A stretch of 63,393 nucleotides of DNA, the filler included. It is 8 parts of 8 records of this genome, joined end to end, with 100 filler letters (N's around TTAATTAATTAA, not from the genome) between each part and the next. Parts side by side here need not be neighbours in the genome. Positions count along the whole stretch, not along the records: positions 36,652 to 41,843 come from DRR723986_31378; positions 41,944 to 48,174 come from DRR723986_31424; 6 more parts are not named here. One strand, given 5' to 3'. Under the pieces are notes generated by a model. The model saw only the letters and a list, made by a program, of their open reading frames with translations. It was not told the DNA's origin and did no database searches. Below, piece after piece: positions 36,959 to 46,008 of this stretch (within the stretch, counting starts at the first letter, position 1; every line of letters starts with the position of its first letter). The position numbers and the translations under genes are program-made.

Positions 36959-39900
36959 GTGTCTGTGCAGCATTTCCGAGAAGAGCCGGAAGATATCATG
37001 ACAGGACTCAACGACGCGTATTTAGAAGAACTGTATTTTCAATTTCTGCGCGACCCGCAGTCGGTCAGTGCAGAATGGCGTAACTATTTCGCCGACAATC
37101 GGGCGGAAATCACGAAACAAATTACGGAAGACCGTGGCGCAGACGTCGCCGATGCCAGTGATTCACTGGTGCCCGCGCGGCCACCTGCAGCGGCGAGCCC
37201 ACCAGCTCAGCGGCCTACACCAGGCCCGGGCAATGGTCAGGCCACCCAGCGTCCGGCTGCCAACGGCCACAATCGTGGTCCCGGCCCGGCACGTGGCAAT
37301 GCAGCCGCGCCGGCGCGTCCCACTCCCAAAGCGCCAAACCCCGCTCCGGCTCCAACTGCCAAAGCATCGGCCCCAGCGGCTGCAAACAAACCAGCCAAAA
37401 CTGCGCCGAGCGAAAAGCCCGACGTCTACGTTGCTGCGAATGATGAGCTCCAGTCCCTCAGCGGGATCGCCGGAAAAATTGCCGTTAACATGGATGACAG
37501 TCTGTCGATACCAACGGCTACCTCCGTGCGTACACTGCCGATCATCGTGCTCGATGAAAACCGGCGCATGTTTAATCACCTGCTGGTCAAGAGCGGACGT
37601 GGCAAACTTAGCTACACACATATCGTAGCCTGGGCGATTGTCAAAGCGCTGCAGAAATTCCCGCAGATGAATGATGCCTATGCCGTTGCCGGCGGCAAGC
37701 CGCATCGCGTCAAGCGCGGACAGATCAACCTTGGTCTGGCGGTTGATGTGCAGCGCAAAGATGGCTCCCGAATGTTAATGGTTCCCTGCATCAAGGATGC
37801 AGGCAGCCTCAACTTCCTTGAGTTTGTTGATGCCTACGACGCGATTGTGCGCAAAGCACGTACCGGCTCAATTGGTCCCGACGACCTGATGGGTACAACC
37901 GTCACACTCACAAATCCGGGCGGTATCGGCACAATCGCCTCGATGCCCCGCCTTATGAAAGGGCAGGGACTGATTTTGGCGACGGGTTCAATCGATTATC
38001 CGCCCGAGTTCGCTGCCGTGGCACCGAACGTGCGCGCCTCGATGGCCGTCAGCAAAGTCATGACAATTACCAGCACCTATGATCACCGCATTATTCAGGG
38101 TGCTGAGTCAGGCGTATTCCTGCAGTACATGCACAAATTGCTGCTGGGTGAAGAAAAATTTTACGATTCGATTTACTCGCACTACGACATCCCATTTTTC
38201 CCGGTACGTTGGGAAGCCGACAACATGGCGCATCACTTTGCGGGCATGGATCAGGCGGACGTTGTAGAGAAAGAAAGTAAAGTCCTGCAGATGATCAACG
38301 CATATCGCGTGCGTGGACATTTGTATGCCGACGTAAATCCACTCTACGGCCCCAAGTATGAATACGAGGAGCTGGAACCTAGCTTCTACGGCCTCACAGT
38401 CTGGGACTTTGAGCGCGAATACGATACTGGTGGATTGAGTGGTGTGACGCGCGCCCGTCTGCGCGATATCATTACCAGCGTGCGCGATATTTATTGCGGC
38501 AAAATCGGTATTGAGTTCATGCACATTCAGGAGCCGGCGAAGAAGGCCTGGGTGCGCAAGCAGTTTGAGACGCATTACCATGGCATCGAATTCGAGGCGG
38601 CCACCAAGACGCGCGTTTTCCGCCAATTGGTCCGTGCCGAAGTATTTGAGTCTTTCCTGGGCACCAAGTTCCTGGGACAAAAACGCTTCTCACTGGAAGG
38701 CGCCGAAGTCTTGATCAGCATGCTGCACGCAATGGTGGACAAAGCTGTTGAACATCGCGCCTCCGAGATGTACATGGGTATGGCTCATCGCGGACGCCTC
38801 AACGTGCTCGTCAACCTCTTAAACAAATCTGCCGAGCAGGTTTTCCGCGAGTTCGACGGTATCGGCGATCCGCATGAAAGTTTCCACGGTTCCGGTGATG
38901 TTAAATATCACCTGGGAGCCGACGGCGAAGTGGCATCGAGCAAAGGCAATGCCGTGCGTATTACGCTGGCGTCTAACCCCAGCCACCTTGAAGCGGTTGA
39001 TCCGGTGGTCGAAGGGATGGCGCGTGCACGCATCGACCAGCTCAAAGACGACAAGTACCGCAAGGTCATTCCCGTCCTCATCCACGGCGACTCCGCATTT
39101 GCGGGGCAGGGCGTCGTCACCGAAACATTAAACCTGGCCAACCTGAAAGGTTATGGCACAGGTGGAACGATTCACATCATCATTAACAATCAAATCGGCT
39201 TTACAACCCTGCCCGACGATGCGCGCTCCACGCCGTACGCCTCGGACGTATCCAAGATGCTGCAGGTGCCGGTTGTTCATGTTAATGCCGATGATCCGGA
39301 AGCTGTGCTGCGCGCCACCATTTTTGCGATGGACTACCGCGCCGAGTTTAACCAGGATGTGGTGATTGACCTGCTCTGCTACCGCAAGTATGGCCACAAT
39401 GAAACCGATGAGCCTGCATTTACACAGCCGGTGCTCTACAAGAAAATTCGCTCGCTGCGCCCGTGGTCCGATTATTATGGAGCAAAACTGGTGCGCGACT
39501 CGGTCCTGACTAAAGAAGAAGCCGATGAGATTCGAGCCGGTGAGCGCGAGACGCTCAACCGCGCATTCGAAGCGCGCAAAGATGTGCCGAAGGGCAATGG
39601 TTCGAATGGTCCACGCATCCGTCCCAACGCTTTTGAAGCCGTTGAAACACGCGTCGATGCAGCCACGCTGACGGAACTCTCACAGAAGTTAACCGTCGCT
39701 CCCGAGGACTTTAACATTCACCGCAAATTGGCGGACATGCTGCAGAAGCGGCATGATTCGGTTGTGCGTAACGCCGGAATCGACTGGGGCACAGGTGAGA
39801 CGCTTGCCTATGCTTCGCTTGTGACCGAAGGCCATCCGGTGAGGCTCTCGGGCCAGGACTCGGCTCGTGGGACATTTACGCATCGCCATGCAGTTCTCAC

Positions 39901-40801
39901 CGACCAGGTCTCTGAGCGCGAATTCCTGCCGCTCAACAACCTGGCACCGGGCTCACAGGCCAAATTTTCGGTGTATGACAGCTCGCTGTCTGAATTCGCG
40001 GTGGTTGGTTTTGAGTACGGTTACTCCGTCGTCTGCACCGAAGGTCTGATCCTTTGGGAAGCCCAGTTTGGTGACTTTGCCAATGGCGCGCAGGTAATCT
40101 TTGACCAGTTTATGTCTTCGTCCGAAGAAAAATGGGGTCAAACTTCCAATGTTGTCATTCTGCTGCCACACGGATACGAAGGCCAGGGGCCTGAGCACTC
40201 GAGTGCGCGCATGGAGCGTTTCCTGCAGATGGCGGCCGAGGACAACATGATCGTTTCCAATTACACCACGCCGGCCAACTACTTTCATGCTGTGCGCCGT
40301 CAGGCCAAACGCAGCATTCGCAAGCCGCTGGTGATCTTTACGCCCAAGGCCAATTTGCGCCGTCCAACCTCGACGCTGGATGACTTCAGCAAATTTGGCT
40401 ATCTGGAAATTATAGATGATGCCGCTGTAGCTGCCAAAGCAGAGAAAACACGTCGCGTTTGTCTTTGTAGCGGTAAAGTGTATTTTGACCTCCTGACTGA
40501 ACGTGACAAGCGCGGCATAGATGACGTCGCCCTCGTACGTGTTGAACAGCTCTACCCACTGCATACTGAGCGTCTTGAGGAGCTGTTTGATCAATACAAG
40601 AATGCCGAAATCTGCTGGGTGCAGGAAGAGCCGAAGAACATGGGCGCCTGGACCTTTATGCAAGCTTCACTGCTCGACGAGTTCCCGCAGCGATCACGTC
40701 CACGTTATATCGGCAGGCGCGCAGGTGCCAGTCCGGCCACGGGTAACAACCTGGTGCACCAACGTGAGCAGAAGGAAATTATCAATGAGGCCCTGGCCTG
40801 A
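36959..40801 (+). CDS. sucA: Multifunctional 2-oxoglutarate dehydrogenase E1 with fused E2 catalytic domain (Kgd/OdhA type)
   Basis: TYDHRIIQGA (E2 catalytic), KRFSLEG, GMAHRGRLN, HGDSAFAGQG, WEAQFGDF, GPEHSSAR. Confidence 0.95.
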   Translation: MSVQHFREEPEDIMTGLNDAYLEELYFQFLRDPQSVSAEWRNYFADNRAEITKQITEDRGADVADASDSLVPARPPAAASPPAQRPTPGPGNGQATQRPAANGHNRGPGPARGNAAAPARPTPKAPNPAPAPTAKASAPAAANKPAKTAPSEKPDVYVAANDELQSLSGIAGKIAVNMDDSLSIPTATSVRTLPIIVLDENRRMFNHLLVKSGRGKLSYTHIVAWAIVKALQKFPQMNDAYAVAGGKPHRVKRGQINLGLAVDVQRKDGSRMLMVPCIKDAGSLNFLEFVDAYDAIVRKARTGSIGPDDLMGTTVTLTNPGGIGTIASMPRLMKGQGLILATGSIDYPPEFAAVAPNVRASMAVSKVMTITSTYDHRIIQGAESGVFLQYMHKLLLGEEKFYDSIYSHYDIPFFPVRWEADNMAHHFAGMDQADVVEKESKVLQMINAYRVRGHLYADVNPLYGPKYEYEELEPSFYGLTVWDFEREYDTGGLSGVTRARLRDIITSVRDIYCGKIGIEFMHIQEPAKKAWVRKQFETHYHGIEFEAATKTRVFRQLVRAEVFESFLGTKFLGQKRFSLEGAEVLISMLHAMVDKAVEHRASEMYMGMAHRGRLNVLVNLLNKSAEQVFREFDGIGDPHESFHGSGDVKYHLGADGEVASSKGNAVRITLASNPSHLEAVDPVVEGMARARIDQLKDDKYRKVIPVLIHGDSAFAGQGVVTETLNLANLKGYGTGGTIHIIINNQIGFTTLPDDARSTPYASDVSKMLQVPVVHVNADDPEAVLRATIFAMDYRAEFNQDVVIDLLCYRKYGHNETDEPAFTQPVLYKKIRSLRPWSDYYGAKLVRDSVLTKEEADEIRAGERETLNRAFEARKDVPKGNGSNGPRIRPNAFEAVETRVDAATLTELSQKLTVAPEDFNIHRKLADMLQKRHDSVVRNAGIDWGTGETLAYASLVTEGHPVRLSGQDSARGTFTHRHAVLTDQVSEREFLPLNNLAPGSQAKFSVYDSSLSEFAVVGFEYGYSVVCTEGLILWEAQFGDFANGAQVIFDQFMSSSEEKWGQTSNVVILLPHGYEGQGPEHSSARMERFLQMAAEDNMIVSNYTTPANYFHAVRRQAKRSIRKPLVIFTPKANLRRPTSTLDDFSKFGYLEIIDDAAVAAKAEKTRRVCLCSGKVYFDLLTERDKRGIDDVALVRVEQLYPLHTERLEELFDQYKNAEICWVQEEPKNMGAWTFMQASLLDEFPQRSRPRYIGRRAGASPATGNNLVHQREQKEIINEALA

Positions 40802-40812
40802 ACCAACTTTTA

Positions 40813-40850
40813 GGGACTGGATCAACTAATTAGATCCAGTCCCAACTTTT
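40813..40850 (+). terminator. Intrinsic terminator
   Basis: GGGACTGGATC-9 nt-GATCCAGTCCC followed by AACTTTT. Confidence 0.7.
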
Positions 40851-40937
40851 GGAACTCCCGGCCGTAGGATTGTGTTTGCCTCGTAATTATTCGACGAAAA
40901 CATACTTTTTACTATTCAGATAGGAGAATGAACAATT

Positions 40938-41432
40938 ATGAAAAGGATGATGATTCTTTTCGTGTCGCTGTTTGCAGCAACAACGGCAATCGCAACAATG
41001 CCCGGCGGCGGTGAAGCCTGGCATACTAACATGGCCAAAGCCGTCAAAGAAGCCAGCAACTCTGGAAAATACATGCTCATCGACTTCACTGGTTCCGACT
41101 GGTGCGGCTGGTGTATCAAACTGGATAAGGAAGTTTTCTCCAAGGACGAGTTTAAGGCATACGCCGACAAGAACCTCGTTTTGGTATCACTTGACTTCCC
41201 ACGCAAAAAAGAAGTTGACGAAGCCACTAAAAAGCAGAACGCTCACTGGCAGAATATTTACGGTATCAAGGGATATCCTACTATTGTTCTGGCAGACCCA
41301 TCGGGTCGTCCGGTAGCACGTTTTGGTTACCGCAAGGGCGGCGCTCAGCCTTATGTTGATTACCTCAGTGACCTGATCAACAAAGACAAGCAGATCTTCG
41401 GTTCGGCCGACGAGGCCACGCAGCAGCATTAA
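40938..41432 (+). CDS. Exported thioredoxin family protein
   Basis: Signal peptide; DFTGSDWCGWC; GYPT; GGAGA RBS. Confidence 0.92.
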   Translation: MKRMMILFVSLFAATTAIATMPGGGEAWHTNMAKAVKEASNSGKYMLIDFTGSDWCGWCIKLDKEVFSKDEFKAYADKNLVLVSLDFPRKKEVDEATKKQNAHWQNIYGIKGYPTIVLADPSGRPVARFGYRKGGAQPYVDYLSDLINKDKQIFGSADEATQQH

Positions 41433-41460
41433 TTCTGCACCAAGGTCTTAAAGATATTAA

Positions 41461-41494
41461 CAAAAGCCTTCCATCTGGAGGGCTTTTGTGTTTT
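41461..41494 (+). terminator. Intrinsic terminator
   Basis: CAAAAGCCTTCC-ATCT-GGAGGGCTTTTG followed by TGTTTT. Confidence 0.8.
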
Positions 41495-41712
41495 AAACAT
41501 CTGCGTATTGATTGGCTCTACGACTAGTTCTCTTCTTATTCGTTCGCATGTCTATCTGCTCACCGCCTTTTTCAGAGCATGAGCGCTTCGCCGTCGAAGA
41601 CTTCCGGCTTGCTGTTTCTTTTTGTTTTGCATTGGGACCAGAGACTAAAGAGTTTGAGGCTGTCTGGAAGCTGAGGGGCTGGAGATTGGGGGGAGAGCTG
41701 GCAATTTGTGGT

Positions 41713-41769
41713 GTTAAATACCTATACCAGCTGTTAGCCTAAGGCTAACAGCTGGTATAGGTATTTAAC
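41713..41769. repeat. Perfect 57-bp palindrome (28-bp arms, 1-nt centre)
   Basis: GTTAAATACCTATACCAGCTGTTAGCCT-A-AGGCTAACAGCTGGTATAGGTATTTAAC. The 25-bp core recurs at 41815-41839. Confidence 0.95.
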
Positions 41770-42112
41770 GCGTTTGCCTTCATTGCGTCAAATAAGCTGC
41801 TAGCCTATCAAATAAGCTGTTAGCCTAAGGCTAACAGCTATAGNNNNNNNNNNNNNNNNNNNNNNNNNNNNNNNNNNNNNNNNNNNNTTAATTAATTAAN
41901 NNNNNNNNNNNNNNNNNNNNNNNNNNNNNNNNNNNNNNNNNNNGCCAAGGGCTCCGTCAGCCACGGGTGCCGCAGCGGTGAGGCCATGCCCCGGCATCGG
42001 GACCGGGGCGTGGCTGACGGGCCGAGCCGCCGGTCCACGCCGCCCATGCCTCACTCGAAGCGCAGGCTGGCGCGGACTTGATCCGGCGCGCGCATCGCCC
42101 CAGTTTCGGGGG

Positions 42113-42445
42113 ATGATCCTGTCCCTTGCCCTGCCCGCCGCCCTGCTGATCGCCGCCGCGATCCTCCTCCCGCGCGGGCTGGAGCCTCTGGTGCCCGAAA
42201 GCCTCGGCGGTCTTCTCCTGCTCGGCCTCCTGTCGGCGCTCGGCCTCTGGCTGCTGTCGGGCCTTGGCTTCGCGCTCCTCTACCACCTGCGCGGGGCCAG
42301 CTTCGCCTTGCTGGCGGGGGAGAACGCCGCCCCGGCCTTTAGCCACTTCGCCACGCTGGGCCTGAAGGCCGCGCTGATCTGGCTGCCGGTCCTCGTGCTG
42401 GCGGTCAGCACCGCGCCGCGCCGCTGGACCACCGCAACCTGGTGA
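42113..42445 (+). CDS. Small hypothetical membrane protein
   Basis: Three hydrophobic segments, C-terminal PRRW, GC3-rich codons. Confidence 0.7.
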   Translation: MILSLALPAALLIAAAILLPRGLEPLVPESLGGLLLLGLLSALGLWLLSGLGFALLYHLRGASFALLAGENAAPAFSHFATLGLKAALIWLPVLVLAVSTAPRRWTTATW

Positions 42446-42531
42446 CAGGACGCGCCTAACTGTCCCGCCAAAGCCTTTGACCGTTGATTTTCCGGGCTAG
42501 CCGTATCACCTGAACCAAAGGAGAGACGGCA

Positions 42532-42801
42532 ATGTTCGCCCTCGCGCGGTTTCTGATCATGGGTTTCGTCGTGCTGACGGTGGTCTACGGGTCGCTGTGG
42601 CTCTACCTTCGGGCGAAGCGGCGCGACCTGCTCGAGGCCGACTGGGCCGCAGAGGCGGACGAGCCGCGCGAACGGGACGACTATGTCAGGGACGAGCTCG
42701 AAGAGCATGACAAACGCCGCACACGGACGCTCTTGCTGCTTGTCTACGGGCTGCCCCTGTGTCTTGTGGCGCTGATCGTCTACCGCACCAACTTCGAATG
42801 A
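42532..42801 (+). CDS. Small hypothetical membrane protein (2 TM)
   Basis: AAGGAG RBS; two TM helices around an acidic loop. Confidence 0.75.
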   Translation: MFALARFLIMGFVVLTVVYGSLWLYLRAKRRDLLEADWAAEADEPRERDDYVRDELEEHDKRRTRTLLLLVYGLPLCLVALIVYRTNFE

Positions 42802-42814
42802 AAGGCCCCGCCGC

Positions 42815-43426
42815 ATGACCTACGTGAAATGGACGCTGATCATCGTCTTCTGGCTGCTGGTGGCCATGGTGCTGCATTACACCCTGCCGCAGACCGACAT
42901 CGTGCGGATCACCGACACCTACGAAAAGCGCGTCGACCCGGGCGAGAACCGCTGGTTCTGGGCGCAGGCGGACGTGGGCACCGACGGCACCCTGCCCAGC
43001 CGCGACGTCTTCTTCATCCAGACCCGGCTGGAGAACGGCAACGTCATGGTCTACCGCAACGAGGACACCGGCTGGGGCTGGCCGCCCTACTTCAAGTTCG
43101 ACACGTCCAACCTGCAGGCCGAGGCTTCGGACATGCGCTCGACCCCGGACAATCCGCGATGGGTGGCGCTGAAACACTACGGCTGGCGCAACGAGTTCAT
43201 GACGATCTTCCCGAATGCCATCTCGGTCCGCCCGGTCGACGGGCCTGACGTTCGCATCATCCCGTGGACGACGATCGTGGTGCTGGTGGTGCTTCTGGCG
43301 GTCTTCTGGGCGCTGCGGGTGCGCTGGCTGCGCTTCCGCGCGCGGCGCATCGACCCGGCGCTGGAACGCACCGGAGATCGCCTCGACGCGGGCAGCGACC
43401 GCGTGAAGGGCTGGTTCCGCCGATAA
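42815..43426 (+). CDS. DUF1523 family protein
   Basis: HYTLPQ, VYRNEDTGWGWPPYFKF, HYGWR, FPNA. Confidence 0.85.
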   Translation: MTYVKWTLIIVFWLLVAMVLHYTLPQTDIVRITDTYEKRVDPGENRWFWAQADVGTDGTLPSRDVFFIQTRLENGNVMVYRNEDTGWGWPPYFKFDTSNLQAEASDMRSTPDNPRWVALKHYGWRNEFMTIFPNAISVRPVDGPDVRIIPWTTIVVLVVLLAVFWALRVRWLRFRARRIDPALERTGDRLDAGSDRVKGWFRR

Positions 43427-43658
43427 GGGCGCAGGGGCGGTTCCGGACGGGCCATTCTTGGCCAAAGGACGGGCCGCCCTCGTCCGCTGGCAAAGGGGTC
43501 GGGCCTGCCGGTCTCGGATCCGTGGATCGGGCCGATCCCCGAAGCCTCCACGGCAGGGGATTGCGCCACGTGGCTTGGCCCGCGGTCCCGTCAGGCCCGA
43601 ACGCAGAGAGCTTCGCCAGAACGACAGGGTCCGACCGGCACGCCTGCGCCCGCGTCCC

Positions 43659-43979
43659 TCACTGCGACGGCGGCGCCAGATCGGCCTTCTGCAGGCAGGT
43701 TTCTGCCGCCTGCTCGACGTCATGGCCGTCGCGCGCCTGAAGGGCCACGCAATCCATCGCCTCGGCCAGCGCGCTGGGCTGGCAGTTCAGCCCGTTGTGC
43801 AGCGAGACCACGTTGGTCAGGCGGTCCACCGCGTCGTTCTCCGACGCGGCATCCTGCGCCGTCAGCACCCGCGCCCATGTGCTCAGCGCCTTCTGCGCCA
43901 GCACCGCGCAGCGCGGAGAGGTGTCGGCCAGCGCGGGCAGCGGCAGCAGCAGGGCGGTCAGCAGGACGGGTTTCAGCAT
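43659..43979 (-). CDS. Small secreted hypothetical protein (4 Cys)
   Basis: Signal peptide ending ALA; starts 3 nt after the soeC stop. Confidence 0.65.
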   Translation of the reverse strand: MLKPVLLTALLLPLPALADTSPRCAVLAQKALSTWARVLTAQDAASENDAVDRLTNVVSLHNGLNCQPSALAEAMDCVALQARDGHDVEQAAETCLQKADLAPPSQ

Positions 43980-43982
43980 CGG

Positions 43983-44864
43983 CTACCTTTCGGCCCGGGG
44001 CGGGTAATACAGCGCCATGACGTGCCGCGCCTCTGCGAAGAACAGCCAGCGCGCCGTCAGGGTTCCCGCCAGATGCATCAGCAGCGCCAGCGCGCCGGTG
44101 ACATGGCCCGGAGCCGCCAGCAGCAAGAGCGCGGGCAGGCCCGCCATCAGGACCAGCGCGATCACCCGCAGTTTGCGTGCGTGCTTGCGGGCGACGACGA
44201 AGGCCATCTCGCGCGTGAGGTAGCTGTCGCCGGTGTGCGGCGGCTCGAAGGGGCGCACCGCGCCGCGCGCCCCAAGCCCGGTGGCGGTGGCGCGGGTGCT
44301 GGGGTGCGTCTCTTCGCGCCGGTCGCCGCCGAGCCACCAGCCCAGTTGCGCCAGCCCCGTGGCCGTCAGCAGAACGGCTGCGGGGATCGTGCGCCCCGAC
44401 AGCAGCGCGCCGCCCGCCAGCCCGGTCAGCGCAAAGAGCGCCGGCGTCGACCAGTGGTGCCAGCGCGGCACGGTGCGCAGCTGCGCGTAGATCATCGCGG
44501 TCGCGGAGATCGTGGCGAGGCAGAGCAGCGCCGACAGCCACCCCAACGGCGCGAGATGCACCCCGAAGAACACCAGAGCGGCGGCGTGGAGGCCGGAGAC
44601 CGTCAGCGCCGCGACCGAGAGGCAGGCCTCTCGCGACAGCCAACTCGACCGCCATTGCGTGAAGGCGCGCAGGGCGCGTTCCGGGTGACCGAGGTGAAAG
44701 GTCGAGGCCGCGAGCCCGCCCAGTGCCAGCGCGAAGGCCAGCGCATAGAAGACCGCGCCGACCCAGCCCATGGGCGGCGAGGGGTCGATGCCCAGCCAGA
44801 CCAGCAGGCCGAAGCCGAGGCCCGAAAGCGTGGTGAACAGGATCAGCGAGCGCGCGGGATGCAT
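43983..44864 (-). CDS. soeC: DmsC/NrfD-type membrane anchor (SoeC-like)
   Basis: MHPARSLILFTTLSG, HLGHPERA, SSWLSREA, RWLFFAEA. Confidence 0.85.
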   Translation of the reverse strand: MHPARSLILFTTLSGLGFGLLVWLGIDPSPPMGWVGAVFYALAFALALGGLAASTFHLGHPERALRAFTQWRSSWLSREACLSVAALTVSGLHAAALVFFGVHLAPLGWLSALLCLATISATAMIYAQLRTVPRWHHWSTPALFALTGLAGGALLSGRTIPAAVLLTATGLAQLGWWLGGDRREETHPSTRATATGLGARGAVRPFEPPHTGDSYLTREMAFVVARKHARKLRVIALVLMAGLPALLLLAAPGHVTGALALLMHLAGTLTARWLFFAEARHVMALYYPPRAER

Positions 44865-45262
44865 CAGCGCCTCCGGCGGGGGAAGGTGGGTTGAAAACCC
44901 AGCCTACAAAGCGCCGCCAGCGCCGTGCCCGATCCGGGTCGGCCCGGACAGGGGGGGCGGGTGGGTGGTCGTGCAGACTTGAGACCTGCGGGGCGGGAGG
45001 GTCGTCGTGCGGATGCCAGGCCTGCGGATTGGGTTGGCAGTCGGGCGAACGTGAGGTCAGCGAGCCGGGTGGGTCGTTGTGCGGCTGGGAGACCTGCGGG
45101 CCGGGTGGGTCGTCGGATAGGCGCGGGGCCTGCGGGTCGGGCGGGCGGTGGTGCGAACGTGAGATCTGCGGGCCGTGTCAGCCGTCGAACCGGCGTGAGA
45201 CCTGCGGGTCGGGTCGGTCGTCGGGCTGGCGCCAGGCTTGCGGGGAGGTCGGGTCGTCTCAC
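44864..45262 (-). CDS. Putative 132-aa Arg/Pro-rich 12-residue-repeat protein bridging soeB and soeC
   Basis: GTG overlaps the soeB TGA (GTGA) and its TGA overlaps the soeC ATG (TGATG). Repeats RRPTRPAGLxxx with synonymous variation. Confidence 0.45.
   Translation of the reverse strand: MRRPDLPASLAPARRPTRPAGLTPVRRLTRPADLTFAPPPARPAGPAPIRRPTRPAGLPAAQRPTRLADLTFARLPTQSAGLASARRPSRPAGLKSARPPTRPPCPGRPGSGTALAALCRLGFQPTFPRRRR
44885..44907 (-). repeat. GTAG-type REP-like element
   Basis: GTAG-GC-TGGGTT-TTC-AACCCA-CC. Confidence 0.55.
44957..45258. repeat. Degenerate 36-bp tandem array, about 8 units
   Basis: GAGACCTGCGGG-like anchors at 44981, 45017, 45053, 45089, 45125, 45161, 45197 and 45233. Confidence 0.9.
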
Positions 45263-46008
45263 AGCCGCTCCAGCGTCTTGTCGAGCCATGCGAGGAAGCC
45301 TTTCGGCTCTTCGGCCACCGGCTCCAGCCACGGGGCGAGCACGTCGACCTCGCCCTCCCACGTATCGCGGGGGCGGGGGGGCAGGTACTGGTTGACCGGC
45401 TTGGTGCCCATCTCGGGCATGAGGGAGATCCCGCCCCGCTCGGCCACGAGCTGGCTGACGGCGCTGTCCGGGTCGCCAAGGTCTCCGAAATGGCGGGCCT
45501 TGGCGGGGCAAGTGCGCACGCAGGCGGGCTGGCGGTCTTCCTCGGGCAGGGTCTCGTTGTAGATGCGGTCGACGCAGAGGGTGCATTTCTTCATCACCTG
45601 CTCGGCGCCGTCCATCTCTCGGGCGCCATAGGGGCAGGCCCATGCGCAGAGGCCGCAACCGATGCAGGCGGATTCGTTGACCAGCACGATGCCGTCCTCG
45701 ACGCGTTTGTAGCTGGCGCCGGTGGGGCAGACGGTGACGCAGGGCGCATCCTCGCAATGCAGGCAGGACTTCGGGAAATGCACCAGCTGCGGCGGGGCGT
45801 CGGGCGGCGTGACCTCGTAGCTGTGCACGCGGTTGAGGAAGGTGCCCGAGGGCTCGGCGCCATAGGGCTCCTGATCCGACAGCGGCGCGCCATAGGCCTG
45901 ATCGTTCCAGCCCTTGCAGGCCACGACGCAGGCATGGCAGCCCACGCAGGTGTCGAGGTCGATGACGAGGCCCAGCTTGACCGGGCCGGGGGGCGGCAGG
46001 GTGGTCAT
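45259..46008 (-). CDS. soeB: 4Fe-4S dicluster subunit (SoeB-like)
   Basis: CVGCHAC...C, CLHC...CP, CIGCGLC...CP, CTLC...CP. Confidence 0.88.
   Translation of the reverse strand: MTTLPPPGPVKLGLVIDLDTCVGCHACVVACKGWNDQAYGAPLSDQEPYGAEPSGTFLNRVHSYEVTPPDAPPQLVHFPKSCLHCEDAPCVTVCPTGASYKRVEDGIVLVNESACIGCGLCAWACPYGAREMDGAEQVMKKCTLCVDRIYNETLPEEDRQPACVRTCPAKARHFGDLGDPDSAVSQLVAERGGISLMPEMGTKPVNQYLPPRPRDTWEGEVDVLAPWLEPVAEEPKGFLAWLDKTLERL

Noticed and set aside
41512-41742. 76-aa ORF after the thioredoxin terminator
   Set aside because: No RBS or motif, and it ends inside the palindrome.
44957-45258. 36-bp array as a CRISPR or TIGR-like guide array
   Set aside because: No unique spacers between identical repeats, no box C/D motifs, and no cas or Nop-domain gene. 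Variation is spread codon-wise.
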